UHGV virus genome: UHGV-0157886
Length of the DNA stretch: 30,727 bases
From: a virus
Direction: 5' to 3' (one strand)
Below are positions 1 through 8,607 of this stretch, one piece after another; within the stretch, counting starts at the first letter, position 1; the number at the start of each line of letters is the position of its first letter. The notes under the pieces were generated by a model, which saw only the letters and a program-made list of their open reading frames with translations, made no database searches and was not told the DNA's origin. Made by a program: the position numbers and the translations under genes.

Positions 1-838
1 TCGTGTAACCATACTGATCTTTAAGATCTGCGGTAATCTCATCGTCTATGATGCTGAATTCTAATTTCCAGTTCAGCGGCCTACGCGTACCACTGACATG
101 CCTGGAAATATGAGACAGGTAGCTTTTTTTCCCTCCGGCCAAAATGTAACGCGAGGTTATTTCTGTCACTATGCCGACTGCAGCAGGAGTAACACGATAA
201 ACAGCCCCATTAATCCTGACAAAGTTTGAAATGGTTTTTATCTCATACCCGACAGACATGTCCAAGCGAGAGCTGTCATATTTGCCATTAGCGAGATCTG
301 TAACATACATTGCGTTGTCGATGTTATCAGGCCTAACTACCCCACTATATAAGTCTTGCACATATTTTTTTGTTACAGCATCCTGAGAGTTCTTCGGATC
401 GGCCAAATTGGAAATTCTGTTTTGCTTTGCATCGTAATATTTTGCAAGCAAAGATGGTTTCATCAATGCACGTCTGAACCACCCAAAACATCGCTGGATC
501 AGCATCGTCAGGTAGTCAAATGCATCTTCATGAACTTCGGGGAAAAATTTTCCCTGATTGCGAAGATCAGTCTCCTGCACCACATCAAGCACACGCTCTA
601 TCGTGATTCGCCAGCCAGCAGCAAGCGGCGACGGAAGAACCACTGCACCGCCACTATAAGTTCCCGCCCCTGTTACTGTATAACCAGCATCCAGCACTAG
701 TTCTGTTACGTTACCGTTAAGGTCAGACACCTGAACAACCAGGTCGGATTTTTTGAAAATACGGAAGGTATACGGAAATGATGTCGTAACGCCGTTACCT
801 GTGTATTCGTTGTGGTCAACTTCGGTTGAGACCGTCAT
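1..838 (-). CDS. Tail fibre / tailspike, N-terminal part only (ORF open to the left window edge); T7 gp17-like N-terminal particle-binding domain
   Basis: ATG at 838-836 preceded by GGAG (rc of 846-849). Reading frame is open for about 279 codons to position 1; the supplied ORF track lists no minus-strand ORF here, consistent with no stop before the edge. Translation starts MTVSTEVDHNEYTGNGVTTSFPYTFRIFKKSDLVVQV and contains RISNLADPKNSQDAVTKKYVQ, which matches the pattern of the T7 gp17 N-terminal domain as I remember it. Last gene of the virion operon. Confidence 0.65.
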   Translation of the reverse strand, partial: MTVSTEVDHNEYTGNGVTTSFPYTFRIFKKSDLVVQVSDLNGNVTELVLDAGYTVTGAGTYSGGAVVLPSPLAAGWRITIERVLDVVQETDLRNQGKFFPEVHEDAFDYLTMLIQRCFGWFRRALMKPSLLAKYYDAKQNRISNLADPKNSQDAVTKKYVQDLYSGVVRPDNIDNAMYVTDLANGKYDSSRLDMSVGYEIKTISNFVRINGAVYRVTPAAVGIVTEITSRYILAGGKKSYLSHISRHVSGTRRPLNWKLEFSIIDDEITADLKDQYGYT

Positions 839-942
839 GTTAAATCTCCAGATAGTCGCAGCACCCGTTGCGCCGCATATCTGGTTATTCTATTACCTGA
901 AAAACCACATATGGATAGAAAGACTGTGAATATGAACAGATA

Positions 943-957
943 TTACCTTTCGGGTAA
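943..957. promoter_or_regulatory. Operator-like inverted repeat TTACC-N5-GGTAA (site 1), upstream of the tail fibre gene
   Basis: Perfect TTACCtttcgGGTAA with A/T flanks; an AACCACATA box lies at 903-911. Same motif recurs at the other transcription-unit heads. Confidence 0.5.
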
Positions 958-994
958 TTTGCAAAACGTGCTGGATAGCAAACAAATTATTTGA

Positions 995-1014
995 TACTGT
1001 ATAAATATACAGTT
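995..1014. promoter_or_regulatory. LexA (SOS) box overlapping a promoter
   Basis: TACTGTATAAATATACAGTT matches the E. coli LexA consensus TACTGTATATATATACAGTA at 18 of 20 positions, with CTGT-N8-ACAG intact. TTGATA at 991-996 is a possible -35. Lies 20 bp upstream of the ORF at 1034. Confidence 0.7.
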
Positions 1015-1033
1015 ATTGCATGGAGAAGATAAG

Positions 1034-1291
1034 ATGCAGCAGTATCACTATCCACTGGAAGACGGATTTACCGAAAGGATCCACACGCCGGGAGGCGTCA
1101 GGTCACTGGTGGAGGGATCGCACTTGATGAAATTACTCCGGGATCTCGATAAGGATGGATTTAATGTCGATGGCCCACTTGCCGAACTGACTGCACTGAT
1201 TAACTACGTCACCAGCTCACAGATGTCTATGCGGGATCTGCAAACACATCTCGACTATTGTGCCGAACAATTACGAAAACAAACCACATAA
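1034..1291 (+). CDS. Small soluble protein (85 aa) under the LexA box; candidate SOS-induced antirepressor
   Basis: ATG at 1034 with GGAGA 8 nt upstream (the ORF-track start at 1016 is a TTG). Plus strand, convergent with the virion operon. Acidic/charged 85-aa product, no TM segment. Function is inferred from context only. Confidence 0.5.
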   Translation: MQQYHYPLEDGFTERIHTPGGVRSLVEGSHLMKLLRDLDKDGFNVDGPLAELTALINYVTSSQMSMRDLQTHLDYCAEQLRKQTT

Positions 1292-1297
1292 AGAAAA

Positions 1298-1313
1298 GGC
1301 CGCGAAAGCGGCC
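1298..1313. terminator. GC hairpin GGCCGC-GAAA-GCGGCC between convergent genes; probable bidirectional intrinsic terminator
   Basis: Perfect 6-bp GC stem with GAAA loop. The minus-strand transcript would be followed by UUUUCUUUA (rc of 1289-1297); the plus-strand U-tract is weaker. Confidence 0.5.
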
Positions 1314-1314
1314 T

Positions 1315-1326
1315 GTGACATGTCAC
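1315..1326. repeat. Perfect 12-bp palindrome GTGACATGTCAC, copy A
   Basis: Identical 12-mer also at 18528-18539 and 20793-20804. Overlaps the stop codon of the 98-aa membrane ORF. Confidence 0.8.
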
Positions 1327-1619
1327 GTTCCTTTTCTGAATGATAGCCGTTCGAAAAATGATGACATTCCACCGCAGACAATAGCAAAGATGATCCCACC
1401 AAAGAAGAGAAGGCCAGCCTGCCACCACTCCCACCGCCATACATCCACAGCACCAACCATACCAACAATCGCTCCAACAAATGGAATATAGCTCACGATG
1501 AAAGCAATGGGGGCTGCAATTATCCAGTGCAATCCCCACCATGATTCAAGCCCAGCCATAATTGCTGCCAACTGAAAAAGACCAACGACGATATAAACAA
1601 TGAATCCTATAGCTTGCAT
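1323..1619 (-). CDS. Small integral membrane protein (98 aa, 3-4 predicted TM helices); holin-like or membrane moron candidate
   Basis: Strongly hydrophobic translation (MQAIGFIVYIVVGLFQLAAIMAGL...). ATG 11 nt after the stop of the preceding small ORF. Followed by the terminator hairpin. Confidence 0.55.
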   Translation of the reverse strand: MQAIGFIVYIVVGLFQLAAIMAGLESWWGLHWIIAAPIAFIVSYIPFVGAIVGMVGAVDVWRWEWWQAGLLFFGGIIFAIVCGGMSSFFERLSFRKGT

Positions 1620-1631
1620 GTAGTCACCTAT

Positions 1632-1805
1632 TTACCCAGTAAAAATCAGAGGCCTCCCCTCAATAAGGCTTGCAACAAGAACTATTCCCTGCACAACAAA
1701 GATGAACCAGCAAATAGCTTGAGTCTGAGGGTTAAGAAAATATTTGTAGCGGTCAATAAATAACAACCCACCAGAAATTATCACACTCAAAATAATTAAA
1801 AACAC
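1632..1805 (-). CDS. Small membrane peptide (57 aa, 2 hydrophobic segments), GTG start; not in the ORF track
   Basis: My translation of the minus strand: GTG at 1805 preceded by AAGGAAG (rc of 1810-1816), open to TAA at 1634-1632. Product (M)FLIILSVIISGGLLFIDRYKYFLNPQTQAICWFIFVVQGIVLVASLIEGRPLIFTG. Below the 60-aa track cutoff. Confidence 0.35.
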   Translation of the reverse strand: MFLIILSVIISGGLLFIDRYKYFLNPQTQAICWFIFVVQGIVLVASLIEGRPLIFTG

Positions 1806-1814
1806 AACACTTCC

Positions 1815-4289
1815 TTATTGCGGAGTGACATCCTGAGGTCGCCACCAGTATGTCTGATTAAACTCTTTCTTCGAACGTTGCTCCATTTTACGCAAATAGC
1901 CTGGTGAAAAATACTCCTGCATCTGGTTAAAGATCATATGATCGAGAGCCGCCTTTAAGTACCAGAGATTCGCACCTGGCATCAAACCTTTCCCCAGCTT
2001 CACCAGATCACCACCAGTCTGCTCACTCTTCCCTTCCACAGCATTTAACGGTATGCCCTGAGCAATCTTCACTACGTCATCAACCAGACCAGCTACCGGG
2101 CCAAGCATCGACGCCAGCGCGCCGCTTCCGTACCTAGTGTGATCTGACAATAAAAAGTCACCGTAAAGGCCAAGACCACCACCTTTCAGTAGAGCACCAA
2201 GCCAAAATTTAGCAGCATCTTCTCCTGTCATCTCGCGAGGATTACGACCAGACGCAAGGTCGTTAAGTTGCTGCGACAAAGCGCCAAGAATGGTCGTACT
2301 GGCAATAAACGTCGCAATATATGCCGCACGCCCACCAGCAGACGGCATACCCATAGCGCGTGACCAGTGACGCATAACCACCGAGATAGGGAACGATTTA
2401 AACAGGAAAACACTTCTCGTTAATTCACCTTTCCATGTTCCACGCTGAATACCAGAACCGGTTATCAGTTGCTCACGTGCTCCCGGTGTAATAACAGCCA
2501 TATCAACTTCTTCAGTTACGGCACCGAGCAGTTTACGCATTGCCTCAAATTTCACGCGTTCAGGCTCACCAAGATGTTTAACTGCTGAATCAGGGATACG
2601 CATAATGCTTTCCGGTGTCAGCATCGTATTATTGCCGTTCCCCCAGTCCTCCTGTTGCGCCAGCTTCCATACGCTCCAGTCTGTGTCAGTAATCCCTTTG
2701 CTTTTCAGGATACGAAAATCAGAATTATCGAGGCTACGAAGGTCTGGTGTCCGTGACACTACTTCTCCCAGGCTTCCAATCATGGTTACGCCATAGGCGC
2801 GCTTGTGCGCATCTGACCATGCTGTAAGCCCACTGGCACGCATTACCGCCGTTGCCGCCCAACGAGACACAGACGGCCCCATATTATCCATCGCCCAGCG
2901 GTTAACGCTGCCAAGTAGAGATTCCATCGCCAGACCAGCGCGGCGCGCCCGCGCAAGTTCTGTACGGTTCGTTGGGTCCATAGCTTCAAGCTGGTTGCGG
3001 AATAACTGGTTCATTGGAAGGTTGGTAACCTTCGCAGACAGATACATGGTTCCAAGATCAGAGAACGATGACAGCAACGCGGATCCGAGTCTGCTGGCAA
3101 CCAGCCAGTTGCGGATATTGTCAGACCATCGCGCGATGTGCGGATTCGCTACAGGCTGTGTCTTTCCGGAAATAAAGTTGTACAGATTCTCTGTGTTGTT
3201 CGCCAGCCGCTCGACTTTACCGGTTTTACTCGGGTTAGCTGTTGCCGTTTCTGCCTTCACCTGATCAAGAAGAGAGCGGAAAACATGATCGGGGTTTGGG
3301 CCATATGTTTCCACCAGTGCAATATCTTTACTGATACCTTCAAGGTGACCGACCATGATTTCCCATAGAGAGCGATCGCCATAAAGTTGCTGATATTGCA
3401 GATAGGAATCTGCATCTTTGAAATGTATCTGTCGTGATGCATTACCACGGTTAGCACGTGCGCCGGAAATTCGCATTCCGGTATCAGTAAGCTTATTCAG
3501 CCCACCAGTAGCGATCGTGTTATAAGCCTCTCCAAGAAATGCAGACAACTCGGCATCGTTCATCAGTTGTCCATCGGCTCGGGTATAATATTTGCGATCC
3601 AGCTTACCTATAACATCGCTAACCCATTTATCTTTTGATACCGCCCCAACCTTTTCCATAGAATGATGTTGAGGGATCCCCCAGTTTTCGAGATAGCCAA
3701 TGTCCCCACCAGCATCATTAAACCGGCGGCGCAGCAGCTCTGTAACTTCTCTCCACGCCTTAGCACCTTTTCTTGCTTTAGCATTGCCAGTATTTTGCCC
3801 TCGCATTTCATATACCAGATCACGCACGCCAGCTTCATCTTCAAACAGGCCAAAAAAGCGAGGATCAACTGCTTCAAATGCCTCCTGCAATTGACTCAAT
3901 GCATAATCACGAGTGGCTTTTGTTCTGGACTCAACAGAGAGGAAATTCGATTTACCGTCTGCATTAAAAGCAATAGTACGGTTAAGAGCGCCAAGTTTCC
4001 CATCAGCCCCTTGATAGCTATTGATAAATTTATCCAATCTCTGACGTGCGGCTATAGTGAGGGCCACACGACGTTTCTTTAATGCCGCTTCTCGCTGTAA
4101 TTCTTCAGATGCCAATTGTGCTGCTCGATATAGCCGCTCTGATTCGGAAAGTTGTCTCCACGACATCGGGTCATCACGAGCAATGGAGCGCATATTTCGA
4201 TAAATGCGGTCTTCAATGTTCTGTATTTCTCGCGCCGTTAACGTGCGCTGCGCCGCCTGCTGAACCGCTTGTATACATTCCTGTCTCAT
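1815..4289 (-). CDS. Internal virion / ejection protein (824 aa), T7 gp15/gp16-class by position
   Basis: Large ORF in a translationally coupled chain after the tail tubular genes. GAGAGG 9 nt upstream of the ATG at 4289. No family recognised from sequence alone. Confidence 0.55.
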   Translation of the reverse strand: MRQECIQAVQQAAQRTLTAREIQNIEDRIYRNMRSIARDDPMSWRQLSESERLYRAAQLASEELQREAALKKRRVALTIAARQRLDKFINSYQGADGKLGALNRTIAFNADGKSNFLSVESRTKATRDYALSQLQEAFEAVDPRFFGLFEDEAGVRDLVYEMRGQNTGNAKARKGAKAWREVTELLRRRFNDAGGDIGYLENWGIPQHHSMEKVGAVSKDKWVSDVIGKLDRKYYTRADGQLMNDAELSAFLGEAYNTIATGGLNKLTDTGMRISGARANRGNASRQIHFKDADSYLQYQQLYGDRSLWEIMVGHLEGISKDIALVETYGPNPDHVFRSLLDQVKAETATANPSKTGKVERLANNTENLYNFISGKTQPVANPHIARWSDNIRNWLVASRLGSALLSSFSDLGTMYLSAKVTNLPMNQLFRNQLEAMDPTNRTELARARRAGLAMESLLGSVNRWAMDNMGPSVSRWAATAVMRASGLTAWSDAHKRAYGVTMIGSLGEVVSRTPDLRSLDNSDFRILKSKGITDTDWSVWKLAQQEDWGNGNNTMLTPESIMRIPDSAVKHLGEPERVKFEAMRKLLGAVTEEVDMAVITPGAREQLITGSGIQRGTWKGELTRSVFLFKSFPISVVMRHWSRAMGMPSAGGRAAYIATFIASTTILGALSQQLNDLASGRNPREMTGEDAAKFWLGALLKGGGLGLYGDFLLSDHTRYGSGALASMLGPVAGLVDDVVKIAQGIPLNAVEGKSEQTGGDLVKLGKGLMPGANLWYLKAALDHMIFNQMQEYFSPGYLRKMEQRSKKEFNQTYWWRPQDVTPQ

Positions 4290-4294
4290 TTAAT

Positions 4295-6097
4295 TTAACC
4301 TCTCAAGAAACACGCCACAGCGACATCAAACAGGCTGGAATCCTGTATTGCCTGCTCACTTTCCATGTTCGCTTCATCCAGTACTTCACGCGCACTGCGC
4401 GATTGTGGATTACCATCATCATCCAGCACGGTGATTATCATGTCAGGTGATTCAAGCAGCGAGTCTTCAGCTATGCGCAGATCAATATCTCCTGCCGGAT
4501 CTGCCATCATCTTTTGTTCTGCCTGTTGCAATATCTTACCGGGCTCAAAAGGAGCTACTTCGTCTGGCGTCCTGACCTCTGCTGTTTTATAGAATGAAAC
4601 AGCCTGAGCATTAAGTTCACTTTCTGCCTGCTGTCTCCGAGCCAGTTCTGCTCGAGCTTCAAAAAACTGACCGCCAGGCTCGTGCGGTGCCAACGCGTTA
4701 CGGGAAAATTCCAGGCGTTCTTGTGCCTGCCGGATTCGTTGGTCAATATCGCGAAGTCTGACCTGTTTATCTGATCGAGCACGAGACAAAGCTTTACCGC
4801 TGCCGGTTGGCTCTTCTGCAAGAATTTGTGCGCGCTGTTCAGTGAGATTTTCAATAATTCGTTGGCTATTAGCGATTTCAGACTGGTAAACCTGTCTATC
4901 GCCACGCGGCAAAAGCTGCGCGGCCTGTTCTTCAAGCAACCGATTTTCTATAGCGCGCGCCGTTACTCCATCATCTACAGATGACAGAGCCTCATTAACT
5001 GCCTGAGACAGCAGACTCTTACGCCCAGGAATTTCACTGAAAGATGCAGGCTCAACAATGCTGGCAACGTCTACAGGTCTCCCTTGGCTAACATCAGACA
5101 TAGCTTTTCGCAGAGCCTGAATGTGAGAATTGCGCGAAAGCACGTTGATCGGCACGCCGGGAGAAATATCAATTTCAGCATGATGAGCGGCATTCGCCGC
5201 CAGTGCAGCATCGACATCAACTGGTGAAAAATTGGGGGTGCTTGTAGCCTCACCGCGAGAGTTAATAAATCTGCCGACACCACCAAACGCCACCCCAAGA
5301 ACAGCATCAATAGCAATTGCCTGTCGATCCAACACATCATACTGGTTAGCCATTTCGCTATAGCCACCATCACGAAGCGTTTTTGCAGTAAGCCCACGCT
5401 GTGCCATACCGAACGCAATATTTGTACCTGCGGCATAGGCAATATCTGGCGTTGCACGTACTGCTGTTGCTGCGGCGCGTCGCACTGAACTTTCACCCGT
5501 CCGCGCAAGCTGAGACGCCACACCTTCCGCCAGCGCACCACCAGCACGTAACCCGAGGCTCATAGGGATCAGTGTTCCGGCACCAGCAGTAATACCCTGC
5601 ACTAATCCCGCTTCCTGCGCCGTCCTGAAATCAACACCCTGTGCTGTCAGCCGTTCAAACTCAGAAAAACCCTGTAGCGAAGTTACCGCCGCAGCACCTC
5701 CGACCGGACCACCGAGCGTTGTACCGATAACAGCCTGCCCGCCCATATCGAACAACCCATAAAGAACCTGCCCGGCGGTTCCGGTTGTCGCGGCATCAGG
5801 CGTCAGCCGCTTAACCTGCTGCTCTGCTAGTTTTCTCTGCTCGGCAATGTATGAAACTGAAGTGTCATTGAGCGAGGTGTTTTCGTTAACAAACTGAGCA
5901 ATCGGGGATACGATTTTATCCATCCCTGCCCAGAGCAACTGATCTGGCTTTGCCACCAGCCCGGAGTACAAACCAGACAATGCCGCTCCTACAGCATTGT
6001 CGAAAAAGCCAACATCGCTGTTAAAGCCAACTGGATTTGATGCTGCTTCGTCAAGCTGCTGATTCTGGTTTACTGGATTAAGGCCAAAGTAACTCAT
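4295..6097 (-). CDS. Internal virion / ejection protein (600 aa) with Gly/Ala-rich hydrophobic N-terminal half and coiled-coil C-terminal half
   Basis: Start ATG overlaps the upstream stop (ATGA at 6094-6097). Gly/Ala-rich segments typical of membrane-inserting ejection proteins. Confidence 0.55.
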   Translation of the reverse strand: MSYFGLNPVNQNQQLDEAASNPVGFNSDVGFFDNAVGAALSGLYSGLVAKPDQLLWAGMDKIVSPIAQFVNENTSLNDTSVSYIAEQRKLAEQQVKRLTPDAATTGTAGQVLYGLFDMGGQAVIGTTLGGPVGGAAAVTSLQGFSEFERLTAQGVDFRTAQEAGLVQGITAGAGTLIPMSLGLRAGGALAEGVASQLARTGESSVRRAAATAVRATPDIAYAAGTNIAFGMAQRGLTAKTLRDGGYSEMANQYDVLDRQAIAIDAVLGVAFGGVGRFINSRGEATSTPNFSPVDVDAALAANAAHHAEIDISPGVPINVLSRNSHIQALRKAMSDVSQGRPVDVASIVEPASFSEIPGRKSLLSQAVNEALSSVDDGVTARAIENRLLEEQAAQLLPRGDRQVYQSEIANSQRIIENLTEQRAQILAEEPTGSGKALSRARSDKQVRLRDIDQRIRQAQERLEFSRNALAPHEPGGQFFEARAELARRQQAESELNAQAVSFYKTAEVRTPDEVAPFEPGKILQQAEQKMMADPAGDIDLRIAEDSLLESPDMIITVLDDDGNPQSRSAREVLDEANMESEQAIQDSSLFDVAVACFLRG

Positions 6098-8607
6098 TGC
6101 GGAATATCTCCGGAGAATCTCTGACGCTTCTGTGTCAGATCAAGAACAACGGGAGAACCATCATCTTTTAGCAGATAACCAGTACCAAGTTTCACCAGGT
6201 ACTGACTATCGCCGTAACTTTGCAAACCATACTGACCAGGCGGTGTTTTTATCCCTGTGCCAACAACTTGTTCATTCCAAGCCTGATTAACCTGCTTATC
6301 GAATTGCTCTGCAGACATTCCCCACGGCAAAAGAACATTCCCCATTCCGTTATAGTCATGCACGCCACCTGTAGCTACGTTAACAGCCTGTTTCCAGATA
6401 TCATTGTCAATTTCGCCTGATACCACGCCTTTTTTCGCCATCACACCAGCGTAATAGTCCTTTGCGATCTCGTATGCCATTGATGCCCCCTGAGCATCAC
6501 CAGCAAATGCATCCTTCACCATGTCAGAAAACTCAAGGCGAAGATCAGCATCTTTAGGCATCGGAATACCTTTCGCATCATCAGTACCTTTACGAGCCGC
6601 CGCGCCAGCAAGAATTGTCTGCGCAGCGGTTTCAGGAGACACGGAAACATCCGGATTAAACCAGTTTTTTTCTGCCAAAATACCACCTGGCTTATCCATC
6701 AGTATCCCGGCAACGGCAGCAGATGGAGCGTTGGCACTGATCTGCTGTAGTGCTGACATATACACCTGCCCACCACCAGTGCTCTGCCTGATGGTATCGA
6801 GATATGCTGCCTGTTGGGAAACGGGCGCATCACGAAAGAAAACACCGATCTGATTGGCCTCGTCTTTGGAAAAGAACGTCAGTGGAGTGCCATATGACTT
6901 AGCAAGGTCACTGACCTGAGCAGCACGCAAGGCAACGCTCTGTCCAAAGTTATCCTTATTGCTCATGTCGATAGGCTTTGTCTGTCCGGCGGCAAGAGAG
7001 AACTGTACAGGATCAGCCTGTCGCTGCTTTATCACCTGACTTGCAGCCGACACAACGTTGTCATAAAGAGCGGCTCGTGCCGCATAACCCTCCCCTGTCT
7101 CACCAGTATCCGGGCGTAATTGCTCAACATATGCTGTAATGCTGCTTGTCGGCATGTTGCGGAAAGAGCCTATATACTGTCCGGCGATTTGCGTATTTCT
7201 GAACTCGGTATATCGCAGGTTTCCTTCTCTTACTCCATAAGCTGCAATAAAATCAGCCTCACCAGGTGGGTTAGGAAATTCAACGCCACGCATATACGCA
7301 GCTGTCGCATCGCGAACCTGGCTGTCAATCATCGTTTTATATTCAGCCTGCTGCTGCCGACGCAGTTGATCCGCCTGTCGCATAAAACTTGCCTGCGCCT
7401 CAGGAGATGCCGCATCGAATGCTGCATTACCGGTATAGCGTTTGGTGTTGGTTGGAATTGTTGATAAACCAAGTGCTGCACTGACACCAGCAGTTAACTG
7501 CTGATCACTGTATGGCTGGCTACCGTTCTCATGATGGATAATGGCTGCACAAAGCGCCTTCAGGGTATCAGGATTAGATGCATCGAGAGGCTCATCAGCA
7601 GAAACGCCAAGTTGTTCGCACACTGCTTTGATATACGACATAGTGTCATTTTTATCAGCAGGCGGTGCCCAGCGATTAATTATCTCGCTGACGGTATCAA
7701 TACCCTGCCTCTGATACGACATCAGGTTCCGCCCTAATGCACGAATCCCGTGTTCAGGTGTTTCGAATTTAGCAAATCGACCATCATCACCGGTCTGGCC
7801 TACCCACGGATTAGTTTTGCTGTATTCGAGATTTCCTGGGTTATTGTTGCGTATGCCACGGGCACGCTCGGAAGAGTCACTATCTGCTACAGCACGGCGA
7901 GCTCCAGCAGCAGTATCACTTAACTCGCCATTACTTTGGATGAATGCGGTCTCATTGTTTGCCGACCACTGGGACAATGCAGCATCAGCAACCTTCTCTT
8001 TAAACTCGATTTTCTTGGCCTGGATTTGCTCGTTGCTCCAGCCATGTGCAACACCGTACTCCTCAATTTGCTGGAAAGTTTGTTTGTTAGCCAATACGTA
8101 TGCGGCGTTGTCGCCATACAATGCTGCGGCATTTTTACCATTGTTCAGCAGTGTCGCCTGAAACTGGCCTTCTTCGTAGGCATTAATTTGCCCTATCTCG
8201 TGTCGCCCGGCCTGCGTAGTGAACTGAATGCGCTGCTGCTGCGCCTGCTGCATGAAAGCATTACGAGCCTGTTCATCCGGCAGCGACATAGCCAGTTGTT
8301 CGACCTGAGCATCAAACTGCTGCGTATACTCATGGCCTTTTCCAATAGCATTTTTCCCTTTCAGGTTAAGCAATCCTGTTTCAGGATTATTCAGCAGATC
8401 GCTGCTTATCTGACTGAGGTTAAGAGATGCCTCCTGAGCCAGAGCGATATTGGCACGCTGTTTTGCCTGCCCCAAAACATCAATTGCCTCTGTCCCTGCC
8501 CGAACAAAAGCATCACCAATACCTTGCTGAGAAAACGTCTGCAAGCCTGCTGACTGAACTCCACGACTCTCAACCTGACGTCCGGATACTGTTGGTACGA
8601 CTGGCAT
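6094..8607 (-). CDS. Large internal virion protein (about 837 aa) with a possible cell-wall-hydrolase-like domain
   Basis: The ORF-track start at 8682 is probably too far upstream: the ATG at 8607 overlaps the stop of the preceding gene (TAATG) and has GGAGG 6 nt upstream. Internal segment RARGIRNNNPGNLEYSKTNPWVGQ...FAKFETPEHGIRALGRNLMSYQ looks like a conserved enzymatic or binding domain; the muralytic assignment is unverified. Confidence 0.55.
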   Translation of the reverse strand: MPVVPTVSGRQVESRGVQSAGLQTFSQQGIGDAFVRAGTEAIDVLGQAKQRANIALAQEASLNLSQISSDLLNNPETGLLNLKGKNAIGKGHEYTQQFDAQVEQLAMSLPDEQARNAFMQQAQQQRIQFTTQAGRHEIGQINAYEEGQFQATLLNNGKNAAALYGDNAAYVLANKQTFQQIEEYGVAHGWSNEQIQAKKIEFKEKVADAALSQWSANNETAFIQSNGELSDTAAGARRAVADSDSSERARGIRNNNPGNLEYSKTNPWVGQTGDDGRFAKFETPEHGIRALGRNLMSYQRQGIDTVSEIINRWAPPADKNDTMSYIKAVCEQLGVSADEPLDASNPDTLKALCAAIIHHENGSQPYSDQQLTAGVSAALGLSTIPTNTKRYTGNAAFDAASPEAQASFMRQADQLRRQQQAEYKTMIDSQVRDATAAYMRGVEFPNPPGEADFIAAYGVREGNLRYTEFRNTQIAGQYIGSFRNMPTSSITAYVEQLRPDTGETGEGYAARAALYDNVVSAASQVIKQRQADPVQFSLAAGQTKPIDMSNKDNFGQSVALRAAQVSDLAKSYGTPLTFFSKDEANQIGVFFRDAPVSQQAAYLDTIRQSTGGGQVYMSALQQISANAPSAAVAGILMDKPGGILAEKNWFNPDVSVSPETAAQTILAGAAARKGTDDAKGIPMPKDADLRLEFSDMVKDAFAGDAQGASMAYEIAKDYYAGVMAKKGVVSGEIDNDIWKQAVNVATGGVHDYNGMGNVLLPWGMSAEQFDKQVNQAWNEQVVGTGIKTPPGQYGLQSYGDSQYLVKLGTGYLLKDDGSPVVLDLTQKRQRFSGDIPQ

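Noticed and set aside
356-700. Plus-strand 114-aa ORF in the ORF track
   Set aside because: Lies entirely antisense to the tail fibre coding sequence, has no Shine-Dalgarno sequence and a Cys/His/Arg-rich junk-like composition. Treated as a shadow ORF.
2228-8553. Numerous 60-205-aa ORFs on both strands inside the large ejection-protein genes (for example 2803-3264, 3663-4082, 5071-5547, 7936-8553)
   Set aside because: All are embedded in, or antisense to, the long translationally coupled minus-strand genes and have biased junk-like compositions. Interpreted as frame shadows.
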